A stretch of DNA of 64,000 bases from Alphaproteobacteria bacterium (lineage in GTDB: Bacteria > Pseudomonadota > Alphaproteobacteria > UBA828). How positions within the stretch are numbered: the first letter of the stretch is position 1; every line of letters starts with the position of its first letter. The stretch covers positions 672,001-736,000 of the forward strand of contig CBDCRW010000004.1 in NCBI GenBank assembly GCA_965221125.1, read 5' to 3'. This document shows positions 48,066 through 56,916 of this stretch, piece by piece. A program made the position numbers and the translations under genes. The notes below the pieces were generated by a model. That model made no database searches. It was not told the origin of the DNA and saw only the letters and a program-made list of their open reading frames with translations.

Positions 48066-49102
48066 CCGGCTTCCCGACCCGCGCCCCGATCGAGCTGGAG
48101 GAGCGGCCGCGCGAGCAGCAATGGCTGGTGGACACGCTATGGGGCGAGCAGGCCGTCGGCATCGTCGGCGGCGAGCCGAAGTGCGGCAAGTCCATCCTGG
48201 CGCTGGACCTCGCGGTCGCAGTCGCCGCCGGCGTCCCATGCCTGCGGCACTTCGCCCCGGCCCGGCCTGGCCCGGTCCTGCTGTTCGCCGCAGAAGACGC
48301 CGGCCACCTCGTGCGCAAGCGCCTGCAGGGGATCGCCCGCGCCGCAGGCGCCCGCTTCGAGACCCTCGACATCGCCGTCATCGACGTGCCCACACTGCGC
48401 CTCGACCATCTCGACGACCGCCGCCGCCTGCAGCAGACCGTGGAGCGCATCGCACCGCGCCTCGTGGTCCTCGACCCCCTGGTCCGCCTGCACGGCGTGG
48501 ACGAGAACACGGTTGCGGACGTCGCCCCGATCCTCGGCTTCCTGCGCGACCTGCAACGCCGCTTCGAGACCGCCGTCCTCCTCGTCCACCACGCCCGCAA
48601 GAGCGGGGCCACGAGGCCGGGGCAGGCCCTGCGGGGCAGCAGTGAGCTGCACGCCTGGGGGGACTCGAACCTCTACCTGCGCCGCCGGGACCGGCAGACC
48701 CTCATGACCGTCGAGCATCGCGCCGCACGCGGTCTCGACGACATCGAGATCGAGCTCAAGGAAGACGGAGAGGAGCCCTCCTTCCGGCTGCGCCAGCCGC
48801 CCACGGCCGGCGGCGGGGCGCCTCAGCCCGAAACACCCGAATGCCGCGTTCTCAAGGCGCTCGCCGACGCCGGGGCGCCGCTCTCGCAACGCCAGATCCG
48901 GGAACGCGCCGCGACCCGGCACAAGACCGTCGGCGTAATCTTGCAAAAGCTCGTCCAGGAGGGTCGCGTCGCGCGCAACGCCGAGGGCGGCTACAGCGTC
49001 GTCGCAGGCGCAGCGGACAAGCGGGCGGCGGCCGCCGCCGCCAACGGCAGCAGTCGGCCGCAGGCCCCGCGGTTCCCGGAGCCCGGTTCCGCCAACGCCT
49101 AG
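48062..49102 (+). CDS. AAA_25 / RepA-like ATPase-helicase with wHTH
   Basis: Identical to 365-1405. Confidence 0.8.
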   Translation: MTGFPTRAPIELEERPREQQWLVDTLWGEQAVGIVGGEPKCGKSILALDLAVAVAAGVPCLRHFAPARPGPVLLFAAEDAGHLVRKRLQGIARAAGARFETLDIAVIDVPTLRLDHLDDRRRLQQTVERIAPRLVVLDPLVRLHGVDENTVADVAPILGFLRDLQRRFETAVLLVHHARKSGATRPGQALRGSSELHAWGDSNLYLRRRDRQTLMTVEHRAARGLDDIEIELKEDGEEPSFRLRQPPTAGGGAPQPETPECRVLKALADAGAPLSQRQIRERAATRHKTVGVILQKLVQEGRVARNAEGGYSVVAGAADKRAAAAAANGSSRPQAPRFPEPGSANA

Positions 49103-49507
49103 GGGTTCGAGCCGGAACCGCCGTCGGGAACCACCCTTCCCCAACGGTCCGGAAGGCGCTGCGCCTCCACCGGGATACTACGTCAGGTGAGCGGCCAGTC
49201 CGTGGCCGGAAGCTTGCTTCAGGCCATGGCAGCACTTCGTCGTGTGGACGGTGGCGAGTCACCCGAAGGGCCGAAGCGAAGCGCAGGAGCGGCGCAGCCG
49301 CTTGACGCGCCGACGGCCGCGCGACACCTCGTCAGCTCTCCTCAAGCACCAGTCCAAACCTCAATCAGACAGCGACCCCGGACCGCCCGCAGAGACCATG
49401 AGCTCCTACGCTTCGATCCGGAAAAGACCGAGCAATCTGGGAAATCAGGGCAGCGATCACGTCAAATAATCTGGGAGATTCGGCGTCAAATAACGTGCGA
49501 AACAACA

Positions 49508-50231
49508 CGGGGCCGACCAGGATAGCCACGTTGCGCGCATGCAGGTCCCGGACCTTGGCCGGACACCTCTGCCACGCCGGGTGGTGGGGCTCTGCCGCGG
49601 CCCGGAGCTTCCGCAACTCCTGCGCCTTCAACGCGCGACCCTCGGTCTCGCTCCAGCCGTTGTAGCCGCGCCAGGGTAGGTAAACGGTCCGCCGCTCGGC
49701 GGGCGCGGCGCGGGCGAAGGCATCGTCGGCGCCCTTCGCGCCGCCGGTGCGCAGGAACCAGCCGCGCCCGGCCAGGTTGGTGGCCATATCCCTCATCACG
49801 TTGAGCACGGGTTCGGGCGTCTTGCGCGCGCCGACGCCGGCATAGATCGGCGTCGGCCCGATCGGCGCCTCAATCTTCTCCCCCGGCTGCCAGGTCCTGT
49901 CGGCAGCCAGCCGCGCATGAGCCCACGACGCGGCCTTCGCGAGAATGTCCCCGTGACAAGGCAGCGGATGGCAATGACAGGCCAGGGTCTTTCCGTTCAG
50001 CGCCGCGAGCTCCGCCAGGGGAATCCCGCCGCTCTTCACCTTGCCCCAGAGCCAGTTGCGGTAGCGCTCGATGACCTCCTCGCGATTGCCGTGTCTGCCG
50101 ATCACGAAGGGATTGCCCCAGCGCGTGCGGCGATCGATCCGCACCACATCGCCATGCTCGTTCGTGCCCTCCAGAGCCGCGCGCAGATCGGGCCGGTCCT
50201 TCATGTTGACGACGGTGGCCATGCCGCTCAT
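49508..50231 (-). pseudogene. 5' half of split DUF4326-SLOG gene
   Basis: VRIDRRTRWGNPF..LNGKTLACHCHPLPCHGDIL (DUF4326), then YAGVGARKTP..LRTGGAKGADDAF (SLOG/DprA-like); cut at ARNVAILVGP by the transposon. Confidence 0.88.
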
Positions 50232-50256
50232 CTCGATATCACCCTTTCCGCCAGCA

Positions 50257-50994
50257 TCACGGCTTGCGGACCACGAGCGGGCAGTTCACCTCTTCTCCGC
50301 TCGCCATCGCTTCCACAGTGCAATCGAAGATCCTGCGGCCGTAATGCTCCCCCACGTGGCCTCGCCAGCCTCCGGTGGGATCGTGAATGGGGATGACTTG
50401 GTAGTGCTGCTCGATCAGCACGCCGAGCACCAGCGCAGCGGGCACGGCGATCCCCGCCGCCGCGACAGACACCCATCGCCGCCCGCGCCGTTCCCTCTCG
50501 ACCCATCGGTGAAAGTCCTCGGTGTGGACCCTGATCCGGTCCTCGATCTGGCCGGCGCGGTTGGCGGCCTTCGGATTGTCCAGCAAGCCCTCGGTCATCC
50601 TCTCCAGCATCGATCGAGAGTCCGCGCCGTCCGCCGCGAGCCCGTCCATCGTGACCAGCAGTTGCTCGATGTTCTGGTTCAACCGCTTGAGGCCTTTCGG
50701 CGGCTCCTCGTCGGAGTCCTCGTCTTCGGGCGTCTCCGGCTCGAACATCTCATCTGTGCCGGGCAGGGCGTCGCCAGACTCCTCTTCCATCTCGGCTTCG
50801 TCGCCGGGTTCCCACTCGACCCCTTCATCCGAAGGGGCGGGCCCGGCTTGATCTCCCGCACTCGTCGTCTCCGGTTGCCTGGCCTCGAACAGCGGTCCGT
50901 CTGCCTGGACCTGCCCGGTAGGCGCTTCTGCAGGCGCACCGGCCTTGGTTTCGTCGTTCGCCGCCACCTTGTCCTCAGTCATACGCACCTCCAC
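50257..50994 (-). CDS. Hypothetical protein with acidic N-terminus and one TM helix
   Basis: 245-aa ORF; hydrophobic WVSVAAAGIAVPAALVLGVLI. Confidence 0.6.
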   Translation of the reverse strand: MEVRMTEDKVAANDETKAGAPAEAPTGQVQADGPLFEARQPETTSAGDQAGPAPSDEGVEWEPGDEAEMEEESGDALPGTDEMFEPETPEDEDSDEEPPKGLKRLNQNIEQLLVTMDGLAADGADSRSMLERMTEGLLDNPKAANRAGQIEDRIRVHTEDFHRWVERERRGRRWVSVAAAGIAVPAALVLGVLIEQHYQVIPIHDPTGGWRGHVGEHYGRRIFDCTVEAMASGEEVNCPLVVRKP

Positions 50995-51498
50995 CGCGGC
51001 CGGCGACCTTCACGCCGCCATGCCGCAGTCCAAGAGCACGAACCCGCAATGCAGCACCGTCGTCAGCCCCCCGGCAGCTCATCGCCGGATGCGGCCTAGC
51101 CGACCCCAAGCCGAGAATTGCAGTACATACGAGAGCGGAATTGCTTCCTGCCAGCATCGCTGCGACGCCTGCTGCGGACTATTCAAGGAGTGCAGCAGAA
51201 CGTGCGAAGATACGACTGTCAACAGGAATAATCGGCTTATATCAATACGTTAGTAACCTCCAGCCATCTCCCGGTACAACCGTGACACTCCATGCACCTC
51301 GCGACCACGAGTAATATTTCTCACCGGAGGGCATTCCTCAGCTCCTTGCACAGTCTCAGACCATTGACCCACCTACCCAAGGCTGCGCACCATTCGATGC
51401 TGACCTATGTTGCTTCCATGAGACAAACCAAGGTCGACGAGCCCATGCTGGCGTTCTGCGGAGCCGAAGCCGCTCCATGCGCCACGGATGAGGCCTGA

Positions 51499-51741
51499 AT
51501 GCCGGTCGTCTTTCGGCATCGAAACGTGCGCTTTCACTTCTTCTCCAACGAAGGAGCGCCCCGAGAGCCTGTTCATATCCACGCGGAGAGCAGTGACGGC
51601 GAGGCGAAATTCTGGTTGTATCCAGAGGTGAGGGTCGCTCGAAGCGCGGGCTACAGCCGGAGGCAACTCTTGGAACTGGCCGAACTGGTCGGCCAACGCC
51701 GGGATCAGATCGAGAGAGCGTGGAATGAGCATTTCGGTTAG
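51499..51741 (+). CDS. DUF4160 protein (putative toxin)
   Basis: MPVVFR..FHFFSNE..EPVHIH..EAKFWL..WNEHFG. Confidence 0.85.
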   Translation: MPVVFRHRNVRFHFFSNEGAPREPVHIHAESSDGEAKFWLYPEVRVARSAGYSRRQLLELAELVGQRRDQIERAWNEHFG

Positions 51742-51985
51742 AGCAACGAAGCTCGCCTTCGACCGCGACACGATGTGGGTCGAACTGGACGACGGCAGAT
51801 CGCTCGGCGTACCCTTGGCGTGGTTTCCACGCCTGATGCACGCAACCTCCGAGCAACGGGAGAACTACCGGATCGGCCATTCCGGCAATGGACTGCACTG
51901 GCACGATCTCGACGAGGACATCTCCGTCGAAGGTCTGCTGATGGGGCGGGGAGACGAGACCAGAGCGGGATCGCAGGCAGCCTGA
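51725..51985 (+). CDS. DUF2442 protein (putative antitoxin)
   Basis: VELDDGR.LGVPLAWFPRL.HAT..GLHW.DLDEDIS; overlaps DUF4160. Confidence 0.85.
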   Translation: MSISVRATKLAFDRDTMWVELDDGRSLGVPLAWFPRLMHATSEQRENYRIGHSGNGLHWHDLDEDISVEGLLMGRGDETRAGSQAA

Positions 51986-52088
51986 CTCCCACACCGGCGA
52001 ACAGGGTCCGCCGTTCTATCCGTCTATACCTTTCCTGCCCGGCCAAATGCGCAAGCTGTCTGGATACTGAAAATAGCTGCGCCTCCTC

Positions 52089-54353
52089 ATGAACCTGAAG
52101 AAGGTAATATCCTCTGCCGTTTCAAGAGCGAGGAGGAACATTCGGCAAAGAATTTCGGCTCTGTGGATCTACGCGCATCGCGCTCAATACAAGCTGGGAC
52201 AGTATCGGCTTCGCTATGCCGCGATCGTAGTATTTGCCGTTTTGGTACTTCTCGTACTAGCCAGTTTCTATCTGTTGCCGCACTTGCAGGCAGCTCTCGA
52301 GGCCCACTACGCGACAGAAGAAGCCTTCCACGGGCTGCAACGACTGATGCTGAACGTGGGAACGGCACTAATCGGCGCTGCCGCCATCGTTACCTCGCTC
52401 GTGCTGTTCGCCATGCAAGTGAATATCGAGCGCATGCCCCACGGACTCTTTCGGCGCCTGAGCACGGACCGCCGCTTGCTCGGTGCATTTGGCGGCGCAT
52501 TTCTCCTTGCAATCGGCATCGCCACGTTCTCTACCGTTCCGGAGCAGAACTGGTCGGCGTATGTCCTCCTCTCAGCCGCATGGGCGGTCTTGTTAATTCT
52601 CCTGTTGTTCCTTTATGCCTATCGACGCGCCCTGATTCTCATCAACCCGTTACAGCAGTTGGGAATACTCCTTCAAGACACTCGCAACGACCTACGAATC
52701 TGGGATCGACGGGCCCGACGTGCGATGCCCCTCCTTGAGCCCGAAGAGACCGAAGCGGCCGATCCGTCGCACGATGGCCCCACGCATGACCTTGCCCGTA
52801 TAGCTTTCTTCCGGATTAACAGCCGTTGGTCGGATGGAGCAGCGCGGGGTGTCCGACATGCGATGTCGTTCGCCCGGCGCTATGCCGAACACGGAGACTA
52901 CGAAATTTCAGCCACCGCACTGAGCGCCGTCGTTGGCATCAACCGCGCGTATATAACGGCCAAGGGAAAGACGTTCTATGCCAACCCCCCGTTCATGGAC
53001 GATCCCCGTTCGAGAGACTCGTTCATTACAGACACCCTGGAGTACATCCGCCAAAACGTTCAAATCGGAATTGTACGGCGAGATGAGCAACAGTTGCAGC
53101 AGGCCTTGTGGACTCTAGGGGCGCTCGTTCGCTTATATCAGACTATCGACTACTCCAGTCCATATGCCACGAAGAACCATGCCCATCTTGCAGCGGGATA
53201 CCTGTCGCACGCGGTGCAGTCCATGGTTCCTCACGATATGGCCGATGTGCTTATGGAGGGAGTGCGGCTCATGGGGCAATCAGCCCAGCACTTCGTCGCC
53301 CACGGAGAGCCAAATGAAATAGCGACGCTCACACAGAAGATCGCCTCTATCGCTCGTACCGGCTGTGTGAGAGAGGACTACCGCCCAGTCACGATGGAAG
53401 GCATGACCCAGCTCGCGACTCTCACCCTCGATGTCATTCGCTCCAAAAACAGCAACACCGGATTCGCGCTGGGAGAAATCAGCCGGAACGTTGCTCTCAT
53501 TTCGGAGCCGTTTCTCACCGTGCCCGATCCCCCCATGTCCAACATCCACAGCACATTTCTAGGACCATACTACTCGTCGACGAGTACAGAGAGCTTGAGG
53601 TTTCGAATGACGGATTTAGTCAACGCTCTCTCCCAGGAACAAGAAGATCATGAGGGTGCCCAGTCCATCATTTGGAACATTGAGCAATGGGCAGATGACC
53701 TTCACCAACCGACGAAGGCGCTCCTGCTCGCGGCTATAAGAGCGAGGTCTCACTTCACCATCACTGTGTTCCAATGGATTGCAGGCGTAACGGAACTCCT
53801 ACTGTTCCTGTCGAATGCGCCCGCATGCGACCCTCACACTCGTGAAAAGCTTCGGAAGCACGCCCGTGGGTTGATCGCGACCTTGACATGGATTCCTGAC
53901 GACAAGGAATCGGTGACATTCGCGGAGAACCTCATGTTGACCGAGACCATGTTCAAAGCCGGGATCGACGCACGCGACCAAGGCTGTATAGAAGTTGCAA
54001 AGGTGATCGAACAAGATCTCCTGTCGTGGACGTTTAAGGGCGGCAGATACAATAGCGGATGGAGAGTGCTCGAGCGAGGATTGTGTGCATGTGCTGCACT
54101 TGTGTTGATTGGAGAAGATGGCAGCATCGATGCACTCAAGACCAAAATTTGCGTGTGTCTCCGGGACGACCGGGCACCGGAGAAGGAAGTGCTGGATAGC
54201 GCTGCGAGGGGAATTCGTGAAAAGGCCGGTAACCTCCGAATGGATGCCCATTGGTCGTCGAGTATTGATAGAGTTATGTCACAGCTGGATTACAAAAAAC
54301 TTTCGCCGCTATTGCACGATATTGCAGATATCCTATCTCCGCCAGTTCAATAA
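52089..54353 (+). CDS. Large hypothetical membrane protein (about 4 N-terminal TM helices plus helical domain)
   Basis: 754-aa ORF, hydrophobic segments in the first ~180 aa, lower GC. Confidence 0.75.
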   Translation: MNLKKVISSAVSRARRNIRQRISALWIYAHRAQYKLGQYRLRYAAIVVFAVLVLLVLASFYLLPHLQAALEAHYATEEAFHGLQRLMLNVGTALIGAAAIVTSLVLFAMQVNIERMPHGLFRRLSTDRRLLGAFGGAFLLAIGIATFSTVPEQNWSAYVLLSAAWAVLLILLLFLYAYRRALILINPLQQLGILLQDTRNDLRIWDRRARRAMPLLEPEETEAADPSHDGPTHDLARIAFFRINSRWSDGAARGVRHAMSFARRYAEHGDYEISATALSAVVGINRAYITAKGKTFYANPPFMDDPRSRDSFITDTLEYIRQNVQIGIVRRDEQQLQQALWTLGALVRLYQTIDYSSPYATKNHAHLAAGYLSHAVQSMVPHDMADVLMEGVRLMGQSAQHFVAHGEPNEIATLTQKIASIARTGCVREDYRPVTMEGMTQLATLTLDVIRSKNSNTGFALGEISRNVALISEPFLTVPDPPMSNIHSTFLGPYYSSTSTESLRFRMTDLVNALSQEQEDHEGAQSIIWNIEQWADDLHQPTKALLLAAIRARSHFTITVFQWIAGVTELLLFLSNAPACDPHTREKLRKHARGLIATLTWIPDDKESVTFAENLMLTETMFKAGIDARDQGCIEVAKVIEQDLLSWTFKGGRYNSGWRVLERGLCACAALVLIGEDGSIDALKTKICVCLRDDRAPEKEVLDSAARGIREKAGNLRMDAHWSSSIDRVMSQLDYKKLSPLLHDIADILSPPVQ

Positions 54354-54492
54354 TTTCGGTTTGAGGGACTCTCTGCTGCGCTTGGGACTCTTGCCTGGTT
54401 TGCTGGGCGAAGTAGCCGGTGCACCCACACTTGAGGCCATCGTGCCGGAACAACCTGTGCTTCAAGACCTGCCTTGAAAATGATTTGCCCGT

Positions 54493-55638
54493 TTATCCCG
54501 CCACCTCGGCAATGCGGCTGGCGATCCGGTTTGCGGCCGACTTGACGGGATCGTTGGCGAGGTGGGCATAGCGGGCGGTGGTCTGGACCTGCGTGTGGCC
54601 CAAGAGCTTTCCGATCATCGGCAGGCCCTCACCGACCAACAGCCCTCCGCTGGCGAAGCTGTGCCGCAGGTCATGGATCCGCACGTCACTCAGTCCGGCA
54701 CGCTCTCTGATACGCCTCCACGGGTGCTGCAGGTCGGTGAGATGGCTCCCCGGCTTGCGTCCCGCGATCACCCACGGGTTATCTTTCTGCCTGCCGATCC
54801 CGCGCAGCACCGCGATCGCAGGTTCCCCGAGATGCACGACCTTGGCTCCAGTCTTCGTGTCCGGCAGCCTCAGCTCCCCGGCGTCGAGTTCCACATGCTC
54901 CCATTTCAGCTTCTGGATCTCCGACAACCGGCAGCCGGTCAGCATCAGAAGGCGGACCGCCGCGATGGCGGCGGCCGTCTCCGAGCGCTCCTGCTCGATC
55001 TCTTTCAAAGCGGCGCCCAGGCGCTGGTACTCCTCGTCCGACAGAAAGCGCTCCCGCTTCTCCTCCTTGAACCGCTTCACATGCCGGCACGGGTTCGAGC
55101 CGTCAGGCCGAATCTCCCATAGCTCTGCGAGATTCATCATCTTCGACAGCACGCCCAGCGTCCGGTTGGCCTGATAGGGGGTGTCGCGCATGTTGTGGTG
55201 GAGTGCGGCGATGTCGCTCCGCTGAACGTCCGGCACCCGCAGCTTGCCGATGCGGGGGTCGATGAACAGCTCGATCGAGCGGCGGTACTCCTCTGCCGTG
55301 CTCGCCTTGCAGTGGTCGGGGACGTACTCCTTGAGGAACCGTTTCCCGAGATCACGCATGGTCGGCGCCCCGGACCTGCGCCCCGAAGGGTTCTTTCCGG
55401 CCCTCGCGTCCGTGATGATCTCGGCGGCCCGCACGCGGGCATACGTGGTGGAAACAGCCGTGCAGGGCCCGATGGTCATCTTGATGACCCGCCCGCGATG
55501 GCGCGTCTTGACGATGAAGACCTTGCGCCCCGAGGGATGGATCCTCACGCCGAAGCCCTTGAGGTCGTCGTCCCAGACCACGCGCTCGCGTTCTTTGGGC
55601 TTGAGGGCATCGACGGTGCGCTTGGTGATCTTGGGCAT
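54493..55638 (-). CDS. Tyrosine integrase, paralogue of 32677-33849
   Basis: TGCRLSEI, HDLRHSFAS, LLGH, TARYAH; shares TPYQANRTLGVLSKM and HLTDLQHPWRRIRERA with integrase 1. Confidence 0.95.
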   Translation of the reverse strand: MPKITKRTVDALKPKERERVVWDDDLKGFGVRIHPSGRKVFIVKTRHRGRVIKMTIGPCTAVSTTYARVRAAEIITDARAGKNPSGRRSGAPTMRDLGKRFLKEYVPDHCKASTAEEYRRSIELFIDPRIGKLRVPDVQRSDIAALHHNMRDTPYQANRTLGVLSKMMNLAELWEIRPDGSNPCRHVKRFKEEKRERFLSDEEYQRLGAALKEIEQERSETAAAIAAVRLLMLTGCRLSEIQKLKWEHVELDAGELRLPDTKTGAKVVHLGEPAIAVLRGIGRQKDNPWVIAGRKPGSHLTDLQHPWRRIRERAGLSDVRIHDLRHSFASGGLLVGEGLPMIGKLLGHTQVQTTARYAHLANDPVKSAANRIASRIAEVAG

Positions 55639-55661
55639 GGCGATTGTCCTTGCGTCCTAAT

Positions 55662-55682
55662 CCCAGGTACCCTATAGGTACC
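55662..55682. repeat. GGTACC pair at 11-bp spacing; putative arm sites of integrase 2
   Basis: CCCAGGTACCCTATAGGTACC. Confidence 0.6.
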
Positions 55683-55798
55683 TGGAGGGAGTAACTTCGG
55701 GGTTATTCTAGAGCCGTCTTGAACACGAAGGAAGCGTGAAATACAAGGAAAATCAACCTCCTGATCCTTTATGATCTCTCCTGACCACGAACCTAGAC

Positions 55799-55847
<49 letters not shown>

Positions 55848-55850
55848 CTG

Positions 55851-55885
55851 AAAGCCCTTGAAAACATTGCGTTTTCGAGGGCTTT
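55851..55885 (+). terminator. Hairpin downstream of tRNA 3' fragment
   Basis: AAAGCCCTTGAAAAC-ATTGC-GTTTTCGAGGGCTTT followed by further Ts. Confidence 0.7.
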
Positions 55886-55908
55886 TTCATTTTGGTCAGG
55901 TGGCCGGT

Positions 55909-55935
55909 TTGGCAAGTTGGCAAACTATTGGCAAA
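55909..55935. repeat. TTGGCAA(A) x3; putative arm sites of a third element
   Basis: Copies at 55909, 55917 and 55928. Confidence 0.55.
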
Positions 55936-56034
55936 CATTTTGATTCGAACGAGAGGCGACGCACGCGCTGCCCTGGTCGTGACTGGCACCCCGTTGGTTT
56001 TCGTTCGGTCACCGGGTGACGCGGGCGGATAATG

Positions 56035-56916
56035 TCACCGGTTTAGAGTTCGCCGCCAGTCTCTTCTGAGGGGCCGGAGCCAGACGTCTTTCCTGGGCTG
56101 ATCCCGTTTGGTGTGCCTGTCGTATCGGCCGCGTCCCTGGGTGGTTCCGACGTGGGTCCAGCCCGATGCCCTGTAGAGCGCGCCGGTGAAGCGCGGGGTC
56201 TCGACGAAGGTCTCGATGAGCACGGGCGTGACGTTGTAGCGCTGGGTCCAGTCGCCGGGTAGTTGTCGGCGCACGAGCGAGAGGATGTGCGAGCCGAGGT
56301 TGGGGATCGCGATCCAGGGCAGGATCAGGAACCTCGGGTTGTCGATCACGAGGGGCAGGTTCTTTTCCCGCAGTTGCGGCGTCCATCCGATGAAGCGGTC
56401 GCGGGGTGCGAGCTTCCGTGCCGCGGTGCTGAAGCCGAGCATGGCCAGCGGCCAGCCGTTTCGGTCGTGGACGGCGTAGCGCATCTGGGCGCCGACCAGG
56501 GTCTTGTAACCGAGATAGTGGTAGCGGGCGACGAACTCGTTCCACAGCTTGCCCTCGCGGCTGTAGCGGACGGCAGGCCGTAGATCGAGCGGGCGAACCG
56601 CGTCGAGGGATGTGGGAGCCGGATGTGCCGGCGGCTCGGTGTCGGGTCCGAACACCATGGGCCGGCGCGGCGGGCGCGGCCATTTCGGCGGCGGCAGGAC
56701 GATCACCCCGTCCTTGTGCATGGCCAGCATGGTCACCCTGGCCATCATGTCCTTGAGGCCGCCGTCGGGCTTGAACCAGCCGATGCGCTGGCAGAACTCC
56801 CTCGACAGGGCATGGCGGTTGGGTGGCGGGTCGGCGGCGATCAGCGCGCGCAGGAGCGCCATTTCCCCGGCGGTGAAGTCGCGCCCGTAATAGCGGCACT
56901 CGACGGCAGCCGTCAT
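56035..56916 (-). CDS. DUF4338 (DruA-like) protein, 293 aa
   Basis: HYLGY..LVGAQMRY, RDRFIGW, NPRFLILPW, ETFVE..GALYRASGW..GTTQGRG; ATGA-coupled to the transposase. Confidence 0.85.
   Translation of the reverse strand: MTAAVECRYYGRDFTAGEMALLRALIAADPPPNRHALSREFCQRIGWFKPDGGLKDMMARVTMLAMHKDGVIVLPPPKWPRPPRRPMVFGPDTEPPAHPAPTSLDAVRPLDLRPAVRYSREGKLWNEFVARYHYLGYKTLVGAQMRYAVHDRNGWPLAMLGFSTAARKLAPRDRFIGWTPQLREKNLPLVIDNPRFLILPWIAIPNLGSHILSLVRRQLPGDWTQRYNVTPVLIETFVETPRFTGALYRASGWTHVGTTQGRGRYDRHTKRDQPRKDVWLRPLRRDWRRTLNR

Larger units (their letters stand above)
44887..49507 (+). mobile_element. Mu/Tn7-like four-gene transposon, copy B (complete, 4621 bp)
   Basis: Termini TGTTGTTT...AAACAACA; right end carries repeated AATCTGGGA and CGTCAAATAA; flanks CCCTC (left) and CGGGG (right). 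Confidence 0.94.

Noticed and set aside
56035-56916. Druantia system
   Set aside because: No DruE helicase or other Dru genes; DUF4338 lies inside the IS ends.
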